The notes under the pieces are model-generated. The model made no database searches. It was not told where the DNA came from and saw nothing but the letters and a program-made list of their open reading frames with translations. 64,000 nucleotides of DNA, from positions 33,058 to 97,057 of the forward strand of contig JAZGDZ010000097.1 of the NCBI GenBank assembly GCA_036478235.1, in the 5' to 3' direction. The number at the start of each line of letters is the position of its first letter. Position 1 is the stretch's first letter. Positions 60,059 through 64,000 of the stretch are shown piece by piece. Origin of the DNA: Acidimicrobiia bacterium (GTDB taxonomy: Bacteria; Actinomycetota; Acidimicrobiia; Spongiisociales; UBA11373). The position numbers and the translations under genes are program-made.

Positions 60059-61390
60059 ATGTTCGACAACCTCAGCGAGCGGTTCGGAGGGATATTCACC
60101 AGGTTGCGGGGCAAGGGGCGCCTCTCCGAGGAGGACGTCGACGCCGCGCTGCGCGAGGTGCGCCTGGCGCTATTGGAGGCCGACGTCAACGTCAAGGTGA
60201 CCAAGGAGTTCCTCGACCGGGTTCACACTCGCGCGGTTGGGTCCGAGGTGGCCGAGAGCCTCACTCCCGGACAGCAGGTGGTCAAGATCGTTCACGAGGA
60301 GCTGATCACCACCCTCGGCTCCGATTCGGTGCCGCTGGCGACGGGCTCGCCTCTCGTCGTCCTGATGGTGGGCTTGCAGGGCTCGGGCAAGACGACGACG
60401 AGCGCCAAGCTCGCCGCCCGGCTCAAGGGGCAAGGCAAGCATCCCCTGCTGGTCGCCGCCGACATGAAGCGTCCGGCGGCAATCGATCAGCTGGAGAGGC
60501 TCGGCGAAAGGCTCGACGTGCCGGTTCATGCCGATCGAGGTGCCAAGCCGGCGAGGCTCGTGAAGGCGGCGTTGAAGCGGGCATCCGACGAGGGCCTCGA
60601 TGCGGTGATCGTGGACACCGCCGGACGCCTCCAGATCGACGACGAGCTGATGAGTGAGCTCGCCGCGGTGCGTAAGGCAGCCGACCCCGATGAGGTGCTG
60701 CTCGTGGTCGATGCGATGACCGGGCAGGATGCGGTCAACGTGGCTTCGGGGTTCCTCGAACGTGTCGAACTCACCGGCCTCGTGTTCTCCAAGCTCGACG
60801 GCGATGCCAGGGGAGGGGCGGCGATCTCGGCCCGGGCGGTCACCGGGCGACCTATCAAGTTCGCCGGCGTGGGTGAGGGGACCGATGACCTGGAGGTGTT
60901 CCACCCAGAGCGTATGGCGTCCCGCATCCTCGGCATGGGCGACGTGATGACTCTCATCGAAAAGGCCGAGGAGACCTGGGACGAACAACAGGCCGTGGCT
61001 GCTGCCGAGAAGATGCGAACCGCCTCGTTCACGCTCGAGGACTTCCTCGACCAGTTCCAGCAGGTGCGCCGGATGGGGAATGTTGGTCAACTGATTGGTA
61101 TGCTCCCGGGCGCATCGACCCTCAAACAGGCCGATGTGTCCGACGCGGACCTCGCCAAGGTCGAAGCGATCATCCGATCGATGACACCCGGGGAGCGGCG
61201 CGATCCGAAGGCCATCGACGGAAGTCGTCGGCGCCGGATCGCAACCGGATCGGGGACCACGCCACAGGACGTGAACGGGCTGCTCAGGCAGTTCGCCGAG
61301 ACCCAGAAGATGATGAAGGCCTTCGCCGAGGGCCGCAGCCCGATACCGGGGCTGGGGATGCCGGGGCGGAGACGGAAGAAGAAGAGGTAA
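60059..61390 (+). CDS. ffh: Signal recognition particle protein
   Basis: MFDNLSERF start; GLQGSGKTTT, DTAGR, TKLDGDARGGAA; M-domain; basic tail. Confidence 0.9.
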   Translation: MFDNLSERFGGIFTRLRGKGRLSEEDVDAALREVRLALLEADVNVKVTKEFLDRVHTRAVGSEVAESLTPGQQVVKIVHEELITTLGSDSVPLATGSPLVVLMVGLQGSGKTTTSAKLAARLKGQGKHPLLVAADMKRPAAIDQLERLGERLDVPVHADRGAKPARLVKAALKRASDEGLDAVIVDTAGRLQIDDELMSELAAVRKAADPDEVLLVVDAMTGQDAVNVASGFLERVELTGLVFSKLDGDARGGAAISARAVTGRPIKFAGVGEGTDDLEVFHPERMASRILGMGDVMTLIEKAEETWDEQQAVAAAEKMRTASFTLEDFLDQFQQVRRMGNVGQLIGMLPGASTLKQADVSDADLAKVEAIIRSMTPGERRDPKAIDGSRRRRIATGSGTTPQDVNGLLRQFAETQKMMKAFAEGRSPIPGLGMPGRRRKKKR

Positions 61391-61393
61391 CCG

Positions 61394-61954
61394 ATGGCGG
61401 TCAAGATCCGCCTGACGCGCAAGGGAAAGAAGAAGCAGCCGACTTACCGGGTGGTGGTCGCCGACGGCCGCAGCCCCCGTGATGGCCGTTACATCGAGCA
61501 AATCGGCCGCTACGACCCGCGGCAGGAGCCGTCGATCGTCGTGATCGACAACGAGCGCGCCGCGTACTGGATGTCCGTGGGTGCCCAACCGTCCGATGCC
61601 GTGCGCAAGCTTCTCGAGATCTCCGGGGCACTGGAGGCTCGTCCGGTGAAGATCAAGGATTCCAAGGTCCATGTGGTCGCCGAGGCCGCCCAGGTCGACG
61701 AGGCCGCCCAGGTTGACGACGCCACCCAGGTCGCCGAGGCGACCCAGGTCGACGAGGCCGGAGAGGTTGAAGCCGTCATTGAAACTGCCGCGGAGGTCGC
61801 CGAAGACAACGCCGTGGAGGCCGACGAGGCCGATGATGACGCCACAGAAGCGTCCCAGGCCGAAGTCGAACCGGTCGCAGAGGCGGAGGACGCGGCCGAA
61901 GCGACTGCCGCCGGCGATGAGGCATCCGACACCGACGAGGAGGAAACCTCGTGA
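61394..61954 (+). CDS. rpsP: 30S ribosomal protein S16 with an acidic repeat-containing C-terminal extension
   Basis: [24 protein letters not shown] canonical bS16; residues about 95-186 are an E/A/D-rich tail with four 18-nt tandem repeats (EAAQVD). Confidence 0.85.
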   Translation: MAVKIRLTRKGKKKQPTYRVVVADGRSPRDGRYIEQIGRYDPRQEPSIVVIDNERAAYWMSVGAQPSDAVRKLLEISGALEARPVKIKDSKVHVVAEAAQVDEAAQVDDATQVAEATQVDEAGEVEAVIETAAEVAEDNAVEADEADDDATEASQAEVEPVAEAEDAAEATAAGDEASDTDEEETS

Positions 61955-62199
61955 AGGGCGAGATCGTGAACCGCGTAGTCGAGTACATCGCCAAGGAGAT
62001 CGTCGAGAACGCCGATGAGGTGGAGGTGACCATCGTCGAGGAAGGCCCCGACGAGGTGACAGCCGAGGTTCGGGCCGCCAAGAGCGACATGGGCCGGGTC
62101 ATCGGAAGGCGGGGGAGGGTGGCCAAGGCAATCCGTGTCGTTGCCCAGGCCGCCGCCGACGAAGAAGGCTTGCAGGCCGAGGTTGAATTCATCGACTGA
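61951..62199 (+). CDS. KH-domain RNA-binding protein (YlqC-like)
   Basis: [21 protein letters not shown] motif. Confidence 0.8.
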   Translation: MKGEIVNRVVEYIAKEIVENADEVEVTIVEEGPDEVTAEVRAAKSDMGRVIGRRGRVAKAIRVVAQAAADEEGLQAEVEFID

Positions 62200-62685
62200 G
62201 GGCCGGGTCGTCGTGGGGCGGATCGGAAGACCCCACGGACTCGAGGGGGAAGTGACGATGCTGCCCGACTCCGATGATCCCGAGCGGTTCGTCGCCGGGG
62301 GGCAATTCGTGACTCATCTCGGGCGCGAGTTGATCATCAGGAGCGTCAAGCCGTATCGGGACAAGGGCCTACTCATCCGGTTCGAAGGCGTGAGCAGCCG
62401 GGAAGCCGCAGAGAGTCTGCGCGGGGATTTGCTCACCGTGGATCGGGAGGAGCGGCGCGATCTAGGTGCCGGCGAATTCTGGCCTGAGCAGCTGGAAGGC
62501 CTGGCAGCGGTGACGCCCGCCGGAGAGCTGCTCGGCACCGTCGAGCGCGTGGAGTTCGGGCCCGGCCAGGACCGACTGGTCGTCGCCACGCCCGACGGCG
62601 AAGAGGTGCTGGTGCCCTTCGTCTCTGAGGTCGTCGGCGATCCGGAGGAGGGCAGGATCGTAATCGATGCGCCCGAGGGGCTCTT

Positions 62686-62689
<4 letters not shown>
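62183..62689 (+). CDS. rimM: Ribosome maturation factor RimM
   Basis: GRIGRPHGLEGEV start region and PRC barrel; start codon uncertain (TTG 62183 or GTG 62213). Confidence 0.8.

Positions 62690-64000
<1,311 letters not shown>

Noticed and set aside
60040-60075. Sigma-54-like TGGCACGCATGTTCG upstream of ffh
   Set aside because: The second element is TTCG rather than TTGC, and it overlaps the ffh ATG itself, leaving no leader.

Overview
This is a very high-GC (about 70%) chromosomal segment whose gene order is typical of Actinomycetota. The mycobacterial-type blocks ftsY-smc-acyP-fpg-rnc, ffh-rpsP-KH-rimM, recG-rsmD-coaD, adnA-adnB, the inhA-hemH (hemZ) pair and hemA-hemC-hemD-hemB are all present. 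The content is almost entirely housekeeping: an SbcC-like ATPase (5'-truncated), CoA-transferase, ychF, dtd, plsY, the AdnAB helicase-nuclease, glutamate dehydrogenase, a RecB-family nuclease and an MFS transporter. A small ArsR-PNPOx-merB module follows, then dapB, a PH/SHOCT membrane protein, acyl-CoA ligase, ybaK and inhA. A ten-gene heme cluster (hemH, hemF, hemA, hemC, hemD, hemB, hemL, hemE, hemN, hemY) is present. The rest comprises ddl, rpmB, a DAK2-recG operon, yceD-rpmF-plsX-rnc-mutM, acyP-smc-ftsY, cdd, etfBA, punA-deoA-ATL-upp, ffh-rpsP-rimM, a thioesterase and a truncated gap gene. I found no transposase, integrase, CRISPR array, tRNA or rRNA, and no obvious novel protein-coding system. 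What is unusual is the non-coding DNA. At least two mosaic interspersed repeat families are present with nested copies, and a 230-bp tandem duplication sits in a 900-bp leader. A family of GACTGGN heptamer micro-arrays occurs at three loci, and a (TGCCTRA)10 array supplies the etfA stop codon. There is also a GNRA-hairpin-rich candidate ncRNA and a C-rich, G-poor rut-like tract. Coordinates of start codons and repeats are approximate (plus or minus a few nucleotides).
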